Positions 11,469 through 21,939 of a stretch of 53,603 nucleotides of DNA are shown one piece after another. This DNA comes from Patescibacteria group bacterium (lineage in GTDB: Bacteria; Patescibacteriota; Patescibacteriia; S139-126; S139-133): contig JBMYTV010000003.1 in the NCBI GenBank assembly GCA_049604715.1, forward strand, positions 70,228 through 123,830, written 5' to 3'. A program made the position numbers and the translations under genes. The notes under the pieces are model-generated. The model did no database searches. It had not been told where the DNA came from and saw only the letters and a list, made by a program, of their open reading frames with translations. The first letter of the stretch is position 1. Each line of letters begins with the position of its first letter.

Positions 11469-11631
11469 TAGCAATAAAACTTTTTGGCTAATATATGGGA
11501 AATTATAACATCTACAAATGAAACTTGTCATTTATAGTTACTGTATAACTGCCTATTTTTACACAGTTTTTAAAAAGAACACAAAATAAGCACCTGATCC
11601 ACACTTATAGTGTTATGGTATACTATAAAAT

Positions 11632-12093
11632 ATGTTACAGCAATTATCAGTCATTTTCATGTATGCGCTCACCCCAATAGGTGAGCTTCGTTTGGCTATC
11701 CCCTTGGGGCTTACTCAGTATGAACTTCCTGTTGCTCTTGTGTATATAGTAGCAGTGATTGGTAATATGATTCCACCAATCCTTATACTATACGGACTAC
11801 CACTAGTGGCAGACAACTTGCGTAGTCGCTCAAAACGAATTGATCACTTTTTGAATTGGCTGTTTGAGCGTACTCGTAGAAAAACAGAAAAACACATGAA
11901 AAAATATGGCCCACTTGGACTTATGCTTTTTGTCGCTATCCCCCTACCTAACACTGGTGCGTGGACTGGCAGTTTAGCTGCTTGGCTCTTTGGTGTCCCG
12001 AAAAAAACAGCGCTTATGTATACGCTGTTTGGGGTCATGATCGCCGGAATAGTCGTTACACTACTTACCTTTGGGGCACAAAATATTTTTTAA
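11632..12093 (+). CDS. Small multidrug export-like membrane protein (COG2426 type)
   Basis: PIGELRLAIP, FVAIPLPNTGAWTG; TGG-TATACT 7 nt before ATG suggests a leaderless mRNA. Confidence 0.85.
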   Translation: MLQQLSVIFMYALTPIGELRLAIPLGLTQYELPVALVYIVAVIGNMIPPILILYGLPLVADNLRSRSKRIDHFLNWLFERTRRKTEKHMKKYGPLGLMLFVAIPLPNTGAWTGSLAAWLFGVPKKTALMYTLFGVMIAGIVVTLLTFGAQNIF

Positions 12094-12130
12094 GATCCTA
12101 AAGCCTGCCGTAGGGTGAAACTAAAATAAA

Positions 12131-12160
12131 TAGCATGGTTCGACAAGCTCACCATGACTA
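12131..12160. repeat. REP-like palindromic element (GGTGAGCTTGTCGAACC type)
   Basis: TAG-CATGGT-TCGACAAGCTC-ACCATG-A-CTA hairpin between convergent genes; one copy noticed in this window. Confidence 0.55.
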
Positions 12161-12185
12161 TATATTCTTTATATTACATAAAAAT

Positions 12186-13238
12186 TTACTCAGTCTTTGG
12201 CTTCTCCAGTTCCATTACCTCTATCTCACTCTCAGCATCTGTTATCTTCATCACATCTTTGTCCATTTTCTTAAACTCTTTATAGCTCGTATTATAGGTA
12301 TTCACTACTGTACCAAGCTGAGTACCTAGTTTTTGTATATACGAATCATAGTTTGTCATATGCTTGTGCAGCTTTTCAACATTTTTACGTATCTCTTTAG
12401 CCGACTCTTCAATCTGAAGTGAACGAAGGCCTTGCAATACTGTTTGCAAATATGCCAAAAATGATGTTGGCGACACAATAATAACGTGTTTTTCTTTGAA
12501 AGCATACTCAATCAAATCCTGTGTGCTTACCTGTACGGCACCAACTTTATTAATCAGTAAATCATAGTAAATGGCCTCAGACGGAATAAACATAAATGCA
12601 AACTCCATAGTATTCTCGCTCGGACGAATATACTTACTGGTTTCATCAATACGTTTCTTCAAATCGTTCTTAAATTCTTTTTCAAGCTGCTGCCGCTCTG
12701 CATCATCACGTGCTGCTAAAATCCTTTCGTAATTTTCAAGTGAAAACTTACTATCAACAGGCACAATCTTATCCTGGACAAATACAGCTGCATCAACTAT
12801 TTCATTATTAGCAAAACTATATTGCATCTGATAACTACCTGGAGGCAACACGTTCTTGAGTACTGTCTCTAGATAATATTCACCAAGTACACCTCGCTGT
12901 TTGGGATTTTTCAAAATATCTTGCAGATTCTTCAGTTGATCAGCAAAATTCACAACTTGCTTATTGGTTTCATCAAGTTTTGTCAAACGCTCTGTTACAT
13001 CTTGAATGATCTTTGTTGACTGACCAAACTGATTACGAAGTGTTTCATGAATAGTCTTATTAGACTCACCAAGCTTTGTATCAAGTGTTTGCGCAATCTG
13101 GTTAATCTGTTGCTGCAACATCAAAAGAGATTTATCCTGCGTCTGATCAACAGCCTGCTTATCTTGTTGTGTTTTTAGATACCAAAAAATACCAGCAAAA
13201 CCGGCTATTACTAACACTATGAGCACATATACTTCCAT
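12186..13238 (-). CDS. rmuC: DNA recombination protein RmuC
   Basis: N-terminal TM, coiled coil, NPKQRGVLGE, VDSKFS, MFIPSEAIY, IVSPTS. Confidence 0.93.
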   Translation of the reverse strand: MEVYVLIVLVIAGFAGIFWYLKTQQDKQAVDQTQDKSLLMLQQQINQIAQTLDTKLGESNKTIHETLRNQFGQSTKIIQDVTERLTKLDETNKQVVNFADQLKNLQDILKNPKQRGVLGEYYLETVLKNVLPPGSYQMQYSFANNEIVDAAVFVQDKIVPVDSKFSLENYERILAARDDAERQQLEKEFKNDLKKRIDETSKYIRPSENTMEFAFMFIPSEAIYYDLLINKVGAVQVSTQDLIEYAFKEKHVIIVSPTSFLAYLQTVLQGLRSLQIEESAKEIRKNVEKLHKHMTNYDSYIQKLGTQLGTVVNTYNTSYKEFKKMDKDVMKITDAESEIEVMELEKPKTE

Positions 13239-13250
13239 ACAATTAGGTAG

Positions 13251-13727
13251 TTAGTCTTCTTTGGGATATAAAGTAAAAATCTCATACTCTCCCCCGTCTG
13301 CTGTATATGATAACACATATATGTAATCAAAAGGATGCTGAGGTGGGATGTGTATACCAAGCACACATGAAGCAATTGAAACCTCATCACTTGCGGGGTC
13401 TTTTGCTTCTATACACAGAGCTGTCTTATCCACATTCTCATACGATCTGTCAGCTTTGGCTATGACTCTTTTGGCAATAAGTTCACACATTTTTGCATCA
13501 AGCATATCTAGATTCAGCGTTAGCTCTCTAGCATCTTCCCAGTATGCTGTAGTTACTTCTACACCTAGCAACGAGTTATTAGTATTTTTAAAAATCACAT
13601 CAGGCTCACCTTGATCATTTCCAAAACGTTCATATGCATACTCTGGAAAATGCAGCGTTGTAAGCTTTTCTGCAATAAGGCGCTCGTGCGCCCTCTTTTG
13701 TTGCATTGATGTAAATTCTTCCTTCAT
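13251..13727 (-). CDS. Hypothetical protein, possible restriction-endonuclease-like fold
   Basis: HER...EPDVIF...GVEVT pattern; in operon. Confidence 0.6.
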   Translation of the reverse strand: MKEEFTSMQQKRAHERLIAEKLTTLHFPEYAYERFGNDQGEPDVIFKNTNNSLLGVEVTTAYWEDARELTLNLDMLDAKMCELIAKRVIAKADRSYENVDKTALCIEAKDPASDEVSIASCVLGIHIPPQHPFDYIYVLSYTADGGEYEIFTLYPKED

Positions 13728-13730
13728 AGC

Positions 13731-14573
13731 TTATTTTAATGCAAAGAATTCTTTAGCCACAGCGGTTGTGGTCTCAGCTACCTCCTCAAAATGCACTCCT
13801 TTAAGATCTGCGACTTTTTCAGCTATAAAACGTACATACTGAGGCTCGTTGCGCGTACCTCGATGTGGCTCTGGCGCCAAAAAGGGCGCGTCAGTTTCTA
13901 CCATCAAACGATCCAGTGGAACATCTTTGATAAGAGCTTGTATGTCTTTTGCATTTTTGAACGTCACAATACCAGTGACTGACAACAAACACCCTAGATC
14001 CAAAAGCGTATGCGCTTGTTCTACGCTTCCACCAAAACAATGGATAACTGCTTTTGTATAACCACTATCTGCAATTGTTCTGATCACATCATCATACGCA
14101 TCATACGTTCCCTTACTAGGTCTGGTATGGACTGTTACAGGCAAACCTAACTCTTGTGCAAGCTCTAGCCCCTGCAAGAACGTCTGCTTTTGCTCATGTA
14201 TGACCTCTTCTCTTACGCGATCCTTGGGCATATGGAAATAATCAATACCCATCTCGCCTATACCAACCACTTTTTCATGTTTTGCCATCTCACGATATGC
14301 ATCAACCTGAAATCCTTCGCCCTTAGCATGAAATGCAAGCGATTGTTCTGGCTCATCAATATCCTGCTCGTGAATATGAATAGGGTGAAGGCCTATAATT
14401 GCATACACACCTTTTTTATATTGCTCAGCGATCTCTATTGCTCGGCGTGAGGTAGTGGCTTTTGTGCCAACATTTATAACCCACGTATCATCAGCAAGAC
14501 TCCGATCAAGCGCTTCTTTCCAATCATCTTTGTAGTCATGAAAATTCAAATGACAATGGGTATCAATCAACAT
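13731..14573 (-). CDS. tatD: TatD-family DNase
   Basis: IDTHCHL, GLHP, GEMGIDY, HCF, ETDAPFLAP. Confidence 0.95.
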   Translation of the reverse strand: MLIDTHCHLNFHDYKDDWKEALDRSLADDTWVINVGTKATTSRRAIEIAEQYKKGVYAIIGLHPIHIHEQDIDEPEQSLAFHAKGEGFQVDAYREMAKHEKVVGIGEMGIDYFHMPKDRVREEVIHEQKQTFLQGLELAQELGLPVTVHTRPSKGTYDAYDDVIRTIADSGYTKAVIHCFGGSVEQAHTLLDLGCLLSVTGIVTFKNAKDIQALIKDVPLDRLMVETDAPFLAPEPHRGTRNEPQYVRFIAEKVADLKGVHFEEVAETTTAVAKEFFALK

Positions 14574-14574
14574 A

Positions 14575-15096
14575 TTATTTAAAAATTTCTACCAAAGGTA
14601 AGTTACGAAATGCCTCAGCTAAAAATGGCTGAATAACAAAATTCATCCCCAAGAGCACATCTGCAACAACAGATGTATTCATGCTTTGAATAAGGTCGCT
14701 TGATACTGGATATTTTGTTAGTAAAAATAATACTAAACCAAGCACCAACACACCTTCAAGCAACCCCAATACCCCGCCAAGTACACGGTTGATTGTTGTA
14801 AGAAATGGGAAGAACCTTATAAAATCAAATATCTTATCTAAAATCCAGAAAACCAAACCCAGACCACGACTCACTACTATAAATATAATTATAAATAAGG
14901 CAATTTCAGTCAGGGTCGTATTGTCAAAAAACACCCACTCCCATTCAGGAGCAAGGACGATGTAGTATCGCGATGCTAGTGCTGCTCCTAAGAATAATCC
15001 CAAAAAACGTCCAAGACTTGTAATAAACCCGGACCAGAAACCAACCCAAGTAAATATGGCTAAAATACCGAGTAATATATAATCTAAATTTTGCAT
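14575..15096 (-). CDS. cvpA: CvpA (colicin V production) family membrane protein
   Basis: LDYILL...GFWSGF...INRVLGGVLGLLEG. Confidence 0.85.
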   Translation of the reverse strand: MQNLDYILLGILAIFTWVGFWSGFITSLGRFLGLFLGAALASRYYIVLAPEWEWVFFDNTTLTEIALFIIIFIVVSRGLGLVFWILDKIFDFIRFFPFLTTINRVLGGVLGLLEGVLVLGLVLFLLTKYPVSSDLIQSMNTSVVADVLLGMNFVIQPFLAEAFRNLPLVEIFK

Positions 15097-15111
15097 AGGG
15101 TATATAAACTT

Positions 15112-16563
15112 TTAATCCTCTAAACGCGGAAATAACGCCTCAGACTTTTCAATGCGATTAGCTGACAGCGCCTTTGTAATTGCTGCACCAGTTGTAGGTA
15201 AGAATGGCTCAAGCTTTGTACCAATGTCGCTGAGGCCCGCAACACTCTTGGTTAGTACTTCTGATAACTTTTCAGCGTCAGTTGCTTGTTCTGACTTTGC
15301 AAGTTGCCATGGTTTTGCATCATCAATAAGTTTATTTAATTCTCGAACATATGACATAATTTCAGCCATTGCCCGATCAAACTGCAGAGTATCTACATAA
15401 CTATCACATACACTCCAATCATGACCGCTATTAACTTTCTCAACTTCTCCATCCATATACTGTGCGACCATATTTGTAACGCGAGAACATAAATTACCAA
15501 TACCATTTGCAAGATCTGACATATACACTTCCCGGAAACGACTCTCAGAGTAATCACCATCTCCATATGCAGGCACTTCACTTAAAAGGTAATACCGAAC
15601 CGGGTCACTACCAAATTGCTCGACAAGATCAAATGGATCAATGATATTACCTGTTGATTTTGATAGCTTTTTACCGTCTTTACTAATAAATCCATGTATG
15701 AAAATTCTATTAGGAAGCGGTACCCCAGCTGAAAGAAGCATAGCCGGCCAAATCAATGTATGAAAACGCGCAATGTCTTTACCAATAACCTGCGTGACAT
15801 CCCCCTCTTCCCAAAACTTTTTATAAAGCTTTCCTTCTGATTCATATCCAAGGGCAGATATATAGTTGGTTAACGCATCACACCATACATACATAACATG
15901 TTCATCATCTCCTGGTACTGGTATACCCCAATTCAGTTTACTTTTCGGGCGGGAAAAACTCACATACTGCTCTTTTGCTTTTAAAATATTTAACACTTCA
16001 CGTTTCCTTGTTTCTGGAATAATTTCAAATTCTCCTGATTCAATTTTTTCAATGATCTGATCTGTATATTTTCCAATATTAAAAAAGTAGTTTTCTTCTT
16101 TTAGCTTTACGGGTTCTTTTTCATGAATAACACACTTACCATCAACAAGCTCGCTTTCTGTGAGAAACTTTTCGCAGCCCACACAATAAAGCCCCTCGTA
16201 CTCATCTTTATGAAGATCTCCATTTGCTTCGAGTTGTCGCCACATTTTTTGTACTGAAGGCCAGTGCTTTGTTTTGTCAGTTGTACGAATGAAATCATTA
16301 TACTCAACCTGCAGCACCTCATCCATCTTTTCGAATACATCAGCGTTGTCATCAACCATATCCTGAACATCCTTCCCAAGCTCAGCAGCTTTTTCAAAAA
16401 TCTTCTGACCATGCTCATCAGTACCTGTTAAAAAATATGTATCATGACCCTGAATACGGTAAAACCGCGCCAAGGCGTCGGCCTGCACTTTTTCAACAGC
16501 ATGTCCAATGTGTGGCGTACCGTTTACATAATCAATTGCTGTGGTGATATATTTTGATTTCAT
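15112..16563 (-). CDS. metG: Methionine--tRNA ligase
   Basis: YVNGTPHIGH, TGTDEHG, YVWCDAL, KLSKS. Confidence 0.97.
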   Translation of the reverse strand: MKSKYITTAIDYVNGTPHIGHAVEKVQADALARFYRIQGHDTYFLTGTDEHGQKIFEKAAELGKDVQDMVDDNADVFEKMDEVLQVEYNDFIRTTDKTKHWPSVQKMWRQLEANGDLHKDEYEGLYCVGCEKFLTESELVDGKCVIHEKEPVKLKEENYFFNIGKYTDQIIEKIESGEFEIIPETRKREVLNILKAKEQYVSFSRPKSKLNWGIPVPGDDEHVMYVWCDALTNYISALGYESEGKLYKKFWEEGDVTQVIGKDIARFHTLIWPAMLLSAGVPLPNRIFIHGFISKDGKKLSKSTGNIIDPFDLVEQFGSDPVRYYLLSEVPAYGDGDYSESRFREVYMSDLANGIGNLCSRVTNMVAQYMDGEVEKVNSGHDWSVCDSYVDTLQFDRAMAEIMSYVRELNKLIDDAKPWQLAKSEQATDAEKLSEVLTKSVAGLSDIGTKLEPFLPTTGAAITKALSANRIEKSEALFPRLED

Positions 16564-16582
16564 ACAGAAAATTTATTAATTA

Positions 16583-17143
16583 CTACATATTTACTCCTAG
16601 GCGATCATTGCGAAACTCTACCTCTACCAAATCATAAAAAACTGTTTTGAAAAAAGTAGAACCTTCTTCAAATGTTTTCATTTTATCAATAGGCACCTTT
16701 TTGTCTTTACACTCAAACACAAAATCATCAAAATCTCTAACATATAATGCGATATGATCTATACCGGGCTTGAGATGTGGTAAATCTGCACCTGGCTTTG
16801 GCTCAAATATTTCAATACGCGGCATTTGTACCCCGTGTGCCTCAAGTGGTACCTTAAACTCATAAACGCGGTTTCGCCTCTCATGAATTACTGAATCTTT
16901 AATCAATGTACTATACTCCTTTAAAATCTCATCACATGCCTCAAACTCCGCAGCTGAATGTACTTGAAAACCCAAATGATCACCCTCAAACCTACTGTCT
17001 GCTATGTCAATACCGTAAGCCCCTAAGTAGTGCTTAATTAGTGGGATATACAATTCAAAATACTGTTGCAACTTATCGTTGCTTCTAATTGTATAATACT
17101 CAGTCAAAAGCTCCTTATCTCTTTTGAAGGTTTCCACGCTCAT
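16583..17143 (-). CDS. VOC/YecM-like protein
   Basis: GDHLGF, IHERR, IEIFEPK, GIDHIA, VEF metal-ligand pattern. Confidence 0.7.
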   Translation of the reverse strand: MSVETFKRDKELLTEYYTIRSNDKLQQYFELYIPLIKHYLGAYGIDIADSRFEGDHLGFQVHSAAEFEACDEILKEYSTLIKDSVIHERRNRVYEFKVPLEAHGVQMPRIEIFEPKPGADLPHLKPGIDHIALYVRDFDDFVFECKDKKVPIDKMKTFEEGSTFFKTVFYDLVEVEFRNDRLGVNM

Positions 17144-17811
17144 ATACTCTTTACTACAATAACAAATTCTCCTTTTATGCTATCTGACTGCAACTTCTCT
17201 AGCACCTCACCTGCGTTACCTCGATATAAACTCTCAAATTGCTTTGTTAACTCCCGAGCCACCATCAACTCCCTTTCTGGCATAATTTCTTTGATTTGTT
17301 CAAGTAACTTCTCGATGCGGTGTACTGACTCGTAAAATACAACCACCTCACTGGTATTTGCTATTTCCTGTAAATATTTGAGCCGTTTATTTTTGTGTGG
17401 AATAAATCCCTTAAACAAAAAATTATCTGTAGGAAATCCACTCACTGACAACGCTGAAATCACAGCTGATGCCCCTGGGATTGGCGTTATAGTAACTTCT
17501 GGTGATTGCTTTGTTACTATTTCAACAAGCTTGTTACCTGGATCAGAAATACCCGGCGTACCTGCATCGCTAACATATGCAATATCTTTCCCTGATTGCA
17601 GATCTTCTACAATCTTATCTGCAACCTTGTCATCAGAATGATGGTGATATGTTGCAAGCTTCACATCTATATCATATCGTTTAAGCAACTTCTGAGTTAC
17701 GCGTGTGTCCTCACAAACTACTAAATCCACCTCTTGTAATACCTCTACTGCTCGGTAGGTAATATCAGATAAGTTTCCGATTGGTGTTGCTACTACAAAT
17801 AAAGTTCCCAT
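17140..17811 (-). CDS. rsmI: 16S rRNA C1402 2'-O-methyltransferase
   Basis: VATPIGNL, CEDTR, SDAGTPGISDPG, ARELTKQFE. Confidence 0.96.
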   Translation of the reverse strand: MGTLFVVATPIGNLSDITYRAVEVLQEVDLVVCEDTRVTQKLLKRYDIDVKLATYHHHSDDKVADKIVEDLQSGKDIAYVSDAGTPGISDPGNKLVEIVTKQSPEVTITPIPGASAVISALSVSGFPTDNFLFKGFIPHKNKRLKYLQEIANTSEVVVFYESVHRIEKLLEQIKEIMPERELMVARELTKQFESLYRGNAGEVLEKLQSDSIKGEFVIVVKSI

Positions 17812-17814
17812 ACC

Positions 17815-18129
17815 CTAATAAATTACTTTGATTACTTGCACAAATGAAGGCGGATTACACTCTGTGAAATAGTCACCATACCCTCTCTTTTTCTGACCAA
17901 TAACAGTGACAAACTCACCTTCAGTCAAATTCACACCCTCCCCTCGAAGAAGCACCTGACCTTCCTCATGACGATCTATATTCCATAAATTACACTCTTC
18001 ACTATGCGCTGCACTTCCTCGAATGATAGTAATTCCTTTGTTTTCTACAGCATAGTAGATAACCAAACCCACTAATAAAAAGATAATAAATAATACAACT
18101 AATAACTTTTTTATATCTTTACCGTACAT
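17815..18129 (-). CDS. Hypothetical membrane-anchored protein
   Basis: 104 aa, N-terminal TM, two Cys; tightly packed in operon. Confidence 0.6.
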   Translation of the reverse strand: MYGKDIKKLLVVLFIIFLLVGLVIYYAVENKGITIIRGSAAHSEECNLWNIDRHEEGQVLLRGEGVNLTEGEFVTVIGQKKRGYGDYFTECNPPSFVQVIKVIY

Positions 18130-18134
18130 AAAAT

Positions 18135-19157
18135 TTATTCAGGCAATCGCTCTAAGTGTTTGATAAACGTTTGGATTATAAGTGCAGTTGGTACTGCCAA
18201 AAGTGCGCCCAATACACCAGCAATTTTTGCACCAACTAAAATCGCAACAATCACAACCAGTGGCGAAAGTCCAACAACTTTTGACATAAGCTTTGGTGTA
18301 ATGATGTTATTTTCAAGTTGCTGCACTGCCAAATAAATAACTATTGCTGCCAAACCAAATATTGGTGCTTGTATAAATGCAATCAACACACCAGGCACAG
18401 CACCAATCCATGGACCAATAAATGGTATAAGCTCGGTGATCGCAGACAGTATACCTAAGACAAGTGCGTATTCAACACCAAGGATACTAAGAGTTATATA
18501 TACAAGCAAACCTACAATAATGCCAATCATAACTTGCCCGCGAAGCCAAAGACCAAGTTTTTTAGAAACATCAGTAATAGTATTCACTGCAAAATCATGA
18601 TACTTCTTTGGGCTAATAAGCTTCACAAGTTTTTCTATATTATTTTCTTGCACAAGCATATAAAAGGTCATTACCATCATGGCGAAAACTCCAAAAATAC
18701 CACCAAAAATGCTTCCAATTGCTGAAAATACACTTGTTACAGTATCACCAGACTGCAGCCTCGTTGTAAGATCATTAATACCTGACTGCACACTATCCTG
18801 GACTGTAGTACCATGCAGTGACCCAAGCGCGCTATTAAACTGTTCAACAAGTTGCGGAAATGCGTTGTACAAGCCAGTAAGCTGTTCAATAAGTGGCGGG
18901 ATCATCAAGATAACAGCCGTGGTAAATACGCCAATAATAATGGCATAAATGAACAGAATTCCAAATGCTCTTGCTATACCCTTTTTCTGCAGAGCATCCA
19001 CCCATGGATCAAATGCTGCAGCAAGCACCATTGATACAAAGATTAGCAGCAGCACATCTCTTATTGCCCCTAGCAAAGCAAGTACAAGGATTACTGCAAA
19101 TATTTTTATAATAGCCAGCGGTGACACAGTCACGCGCATTGGTTTTTGAGCAGGCAT
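18135..19157 (-). CDS. AI-2E family transporter
   Basis: WLRGQ, ELIPFIGP, QQLENNIITP, GALLAVP. Confidence 0.92.
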   Translation of the reverse strand: MPAQKPMRVTVSPLAIIKIFAVILVLALLGAIRDVLLLIFVSMVLAAAFDPWVDALQKKGIARAFGILFIYAIIIGVFTTAVILMIPPLIEQLTGLYNAFPQLVEQFNSALGSLHGTTVQDSVQSGINDLTTRLQSGDTVTSVFSAIGSIFGGIFGVFAMMVMTFYMLVQENNIEKLVKLISPKKYHDFAVNTITDVSKKLGLWLRGQVMIGIIVGLLVYITLSILGVEYALVLGILSAITELIPFIGPWIGAVPGVLIAFIQAPIFGLAAIVIYLAVQQLENNIITPKLMSKVVGLSPLVVIVAILVGAKIAGVLGALLAVPTALIIQTFIKHLERLPE

Positions 19158-19168
19158 GTGGTTTTAGA

Positions 19169-20425
19169 TTATAAAAATTTTTCAAATACTTTTGTGTCCT
19201 CAAATGGACCAACAAGTGTCAAACGTAGTTTGTTCGCGGTTACGTGTTTTTTTAACCACGAGTTTATATCTTCTCGTTTTAATTTATCAATTCCATTTAG
19301 CACTTCCTCTGGGCTTTTTAGCTTACTATCGAACAATGCTTGTTTGGCGTACCAAATTGCAACAGCTGCACTGTCTTCAAACTGTAGTGCTAACTTCCCT
19401 CTATAATATTCTTTTGCCTGTTTGAACTCTGCAACTGAAATACCACGCGTGAGCTTATCCCATTCTTTTTTCACAAGCTTGAGTGCTAGTGGCAATCTCT
19501 CAGTATCAACACCTGCCCTAACCTGCCAATTAGCAACATCCTCATATAAGTTCACGCCCGAGTTTACATAATACCCAAGCCCATTTCTCTCGCGTACTGT
19601 AGTAAACAGACGAGAGCTCATAGTACCACCAAAAGCAATATTTGCGATCTTGGCTTTTGTAAAGTTCCTGTGTCCATATGAAAGAGGCACTGGAAGCCCC
19701 ATAACTAGATGCGCTTGTTCTGTTTTCTTATACTGAATATCAATTGCTTTTTTCGGAGGTAGTGACTTAACTTGTTGCGGTTTATTGCTTTTGTTCTTTC
19801 GCTTTTTCGAAAACAACTTTTTTATTTGTTTGTCTGTATCTTCTGGAACAGCCCCAGCAATAGAAAGGACTAGATTGTCTGGTGAGTAATACTTTTTGTG
19901 AAATGCAACAATATCACTTCTAGTAATGCCCATAACTGACTTTTTGCTACCAATAATAAACCGACCAAGTGGATGGGTGCCATAAAGTTGCTGTTCAAAG
20001 TACTCATCCGTCATGTACATTGGCGTGTCTTCGTACATGTTTATTTCACCAATGATTACACCCTTTTCTCGCTCTATCTCCTCTGCCGGATAAAGAGGCG
20101 CAAATGTCATATCAGCCAGTAGATCAAGGGCAAGTGAAAGATGCGCAGCATCAACCTTGATCCAGTATCCTGTATAATCTTTACTTGTCATTGCATTATA
20201 TTCTGCGCCAACACCATCAAGCACCTTTGCAATTGCTTGTGTGCTAGGGTATTTCTTTGTTCCCTTAAAAGCCAAATGCTCAACAAAGTGCGCTATACCA
20301 GCAACACGCTTTTGCTCATTACGTGACCCTGTTTTTGAAAAGATCATTGCTGTTACCGCTCTGGTGCTTTTTTGAGGTACTACCACCACACGCAAACCAT
20401 TGCTAAGTGTTTCTTGTTTATACAT
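19169..20425 (-). CDS. M16 (pitrilysin) zinc peptidase
   Basis: HFVEHLAFKGT (HxxEH), SSRLF..VRERNGLGY. Confidence 0.94.
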   Translation of the reverse strand: MYKQETLSNGLRVVVVPQKSTRAVTAMIFSKTGSRNEQKRVAGIAHFVEHLAFKGTKKYPSTQAIAKVLDGVGAEYNAMTSKDYTGYWIKVDAAHLSLALDLLADMTFAPLYPAEEIEREKGVIIGEINMYEDTPMYMTDEYFEQQLYGTHPLGRFIIGSKKSVMGITRSDIVAFHKKYYSPDNLVLSIAGAVPEDTDKQIKKLFSKKRKNKSNKPQQVKSLPPKKAIDIQYKKTEQAHLVMGLPVPLSYGHRNFTKAKIANIAFGGTMSSRLFTTVRERNGLGYYVNSGVNLYEDVANWQVRAGVDTERLPLALKLVKKEWDKLTRGISVAEFKQAKEYYRGKLALQFEDSAAVAIWYAKQALFDSKLKSPEEVLNGIDKLKREDINSWLKKHVTANKLRLTLVGPFEDTKVFEKFL

Positions 20426-20433
20426 ATCAAAAT

Positions 20434-21825
20434 TTACGCTAAAGAATCTAAAAGAAATGGCATGAGCTCATCTACAGACAATCGCGTCTGTTCCATTGTA
20501 TCGCGATCGCGAACCGTGACTTTGTTGTCCTCTAATGAATCAAAATCAACAGTCACGCAGTATGGCGTACCAATCTCATCTTGCCGACGGTACCGTTTTC
20601 CTATTGAACCTGTTTCATCGTACTGAACCATCCAATGTTTACGCAGCTCTGTAGCAATGCCTTTTGCTTTTTCTGCAAGTGGTTCTTTTTTAGAAAGTGG
20701 CAAAACTGCAACCTTGATTGGCGCTATGCGCTTATCAAAACGCATAACTACTTCTTTTTCTTTTATACTTTCTGTAGTTGTTGAACGACCACCCTCTATT
20801 TCATCATATGCTTCAATCAAAAATGTTAAAACATTACGATCAAGACCCATTGAGGTTTCGATAATATATGGAATATATTTTTCACCATTCGATGAATCAG
20901 TAAATTTTAAATCTTTACCTGAGTACTCTTCATGTTGAGCAAGATCAAAATCACCTCGATTATGGAGCCCCTCAGCCTCCTTCCATCCCCAAGGAAAATG
21001 ATACTCAATATCATATGCGCCTTTTGCATAATGAGCCAACTGAATGTGCTCAAAAAACCGCAGCCTATCTTTGCTAATTCCATATTCCTCCCACCATGCC
21101 ATGCGCCATTTCTTCCAGTCCTCATACCATGCGTCTGCATCTTTTGGATTTACGAAAAACTGCATTTCCATTTGTGAAAACTCACGTGTGCGGAATACAA
21201 ATTGCTTTGTTGTAATTTCATTACGAAATGCCTTACCTACCTGCGCTATACCAAATGGAATTTGCTTTCGGCTGCTTTGCTGTACATTTTTAAAATTGAC
21301 ATAAATACCCTGGGCCGTCTCAGGTCGCAAATAAATCTTTGCATCATCATCTTTTACTGGCCCTATATGAGTCTCAAGCATTAAATTAAAATCACGAGCT
21401 GGTGTTAATTCACCCTCACAATCTGGACAAACTACTTTATGTTCTTTAAGAAGTGAATTAATTTCATCAAGAGTCATCTTGTCATCTGCGGGCACATCCT
21501 TTGCTTCTAACAAATGGTCAGCACGGTGTCGGCGCTTACATGACTTGCAATCAACAAGTGGATCAGAAAAACTTGCCACATGACCGCTTGCTTCCCATAC
21601 TTTTTGGTGCATAAGAATTGCGCTGTCCAAACCCACTACATCATCTCTGTTTTGGATCATAGATTTCCACCACGCCTCTTGGATGTTGTTTTTGAGCAAA
21701 ATACCAAGTGGCCCATAGTCATATACAGCACCCAAACCACCATAAATTTCAGAAGATTGATAAATAAAACCGCGCTGCTTGGCAAGCGCCACAATCGTAT
21801 CCATACTTATATCTTTTGCTGACAT
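20434..21825 (-). CDS. glyQS: Glycine--tRNA ligase, homodimeric type
   Basis: LRPETAQG, GKAFRNEI, FRTREF, GSIGKRYRRQDEIGTP. Confidence 0.97.
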   Translation of the reverse strand: MSAKDISMDTIVALAKQRGFIYQSSEIYGGLGAVYDYGPLGILLKNNIQEAWWKSMIQNRDDVVGLDSAILMHQKVWEASGHVASFSDPLVDCKSCKRRHRADHLLEAKDVPADDKMTLDEINSLLKEHKVVCPDCEGELTPARDFNLMLETHIGPVKDDDAKIYLRPETAQGIYVNFKNVQQSSRKQIPFGIAQVGKAFRNEITTKQFVFRTREFSQMEMQFFVNPKDADAWYEDWKKWRMAWWEEYGISKDRLRFFEHIQLAHYAKGAYDIEYHFPWGWKEAEGLHNRGDFDLAQHEEYSGKDLKFTDSSNGEKYIPYIIETSMGLDRNVLTFLIEAYDEIEGGRSTTTESIKEKEVVMRFDKRIAPIKVAVLPLSKKEPLAEKAKGIATELRKHWMVQYDETGSIGKRYRRQDEIGTPYCVTVDFDSLEDNKVTVRDRDTMEQTRLSVDELMPFLLDSLA

Positions 21826-21859
21826 AAAAATCGTTTAAGTTAGCTTAAAATTCCTTGTA

Positions 21860-21888
21860 AGTATAGCTGAGATTAGCCATTTTTGCAA
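21860..21888 (-). promoter_or_regulatory. sigma70 promoter of glyQS
   Basis: TTGCAA-17nt-TATACT. Confidence 0.7.
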
Positions 21889-21890
21889 CT

Positions 21891-21916
21891 AAAAAACCAA
21901 TCATAAGACGATTGGT
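21891..21916 (-). terminator. Intrinsic terminator after the CAP gene
   Basis: ACCAATC-7nt-GATTGGT followed by a T run on the minus strand. Confidence 0.65.
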
Positions 21917-21939
21917 GAAACTACTGCCCCTTTTTGTAT

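Noticed and set aside
11379-11631. Possible oriC: AT-rich gap with DnaA-like 9-mers (TTTTACACA 11557, TGATCCACA 11595)
   Set aside because: Only one or two good boxes, no dnaA/dnaN nearby, and gene orientation stays minus on both sides; explained by two divergent promoters
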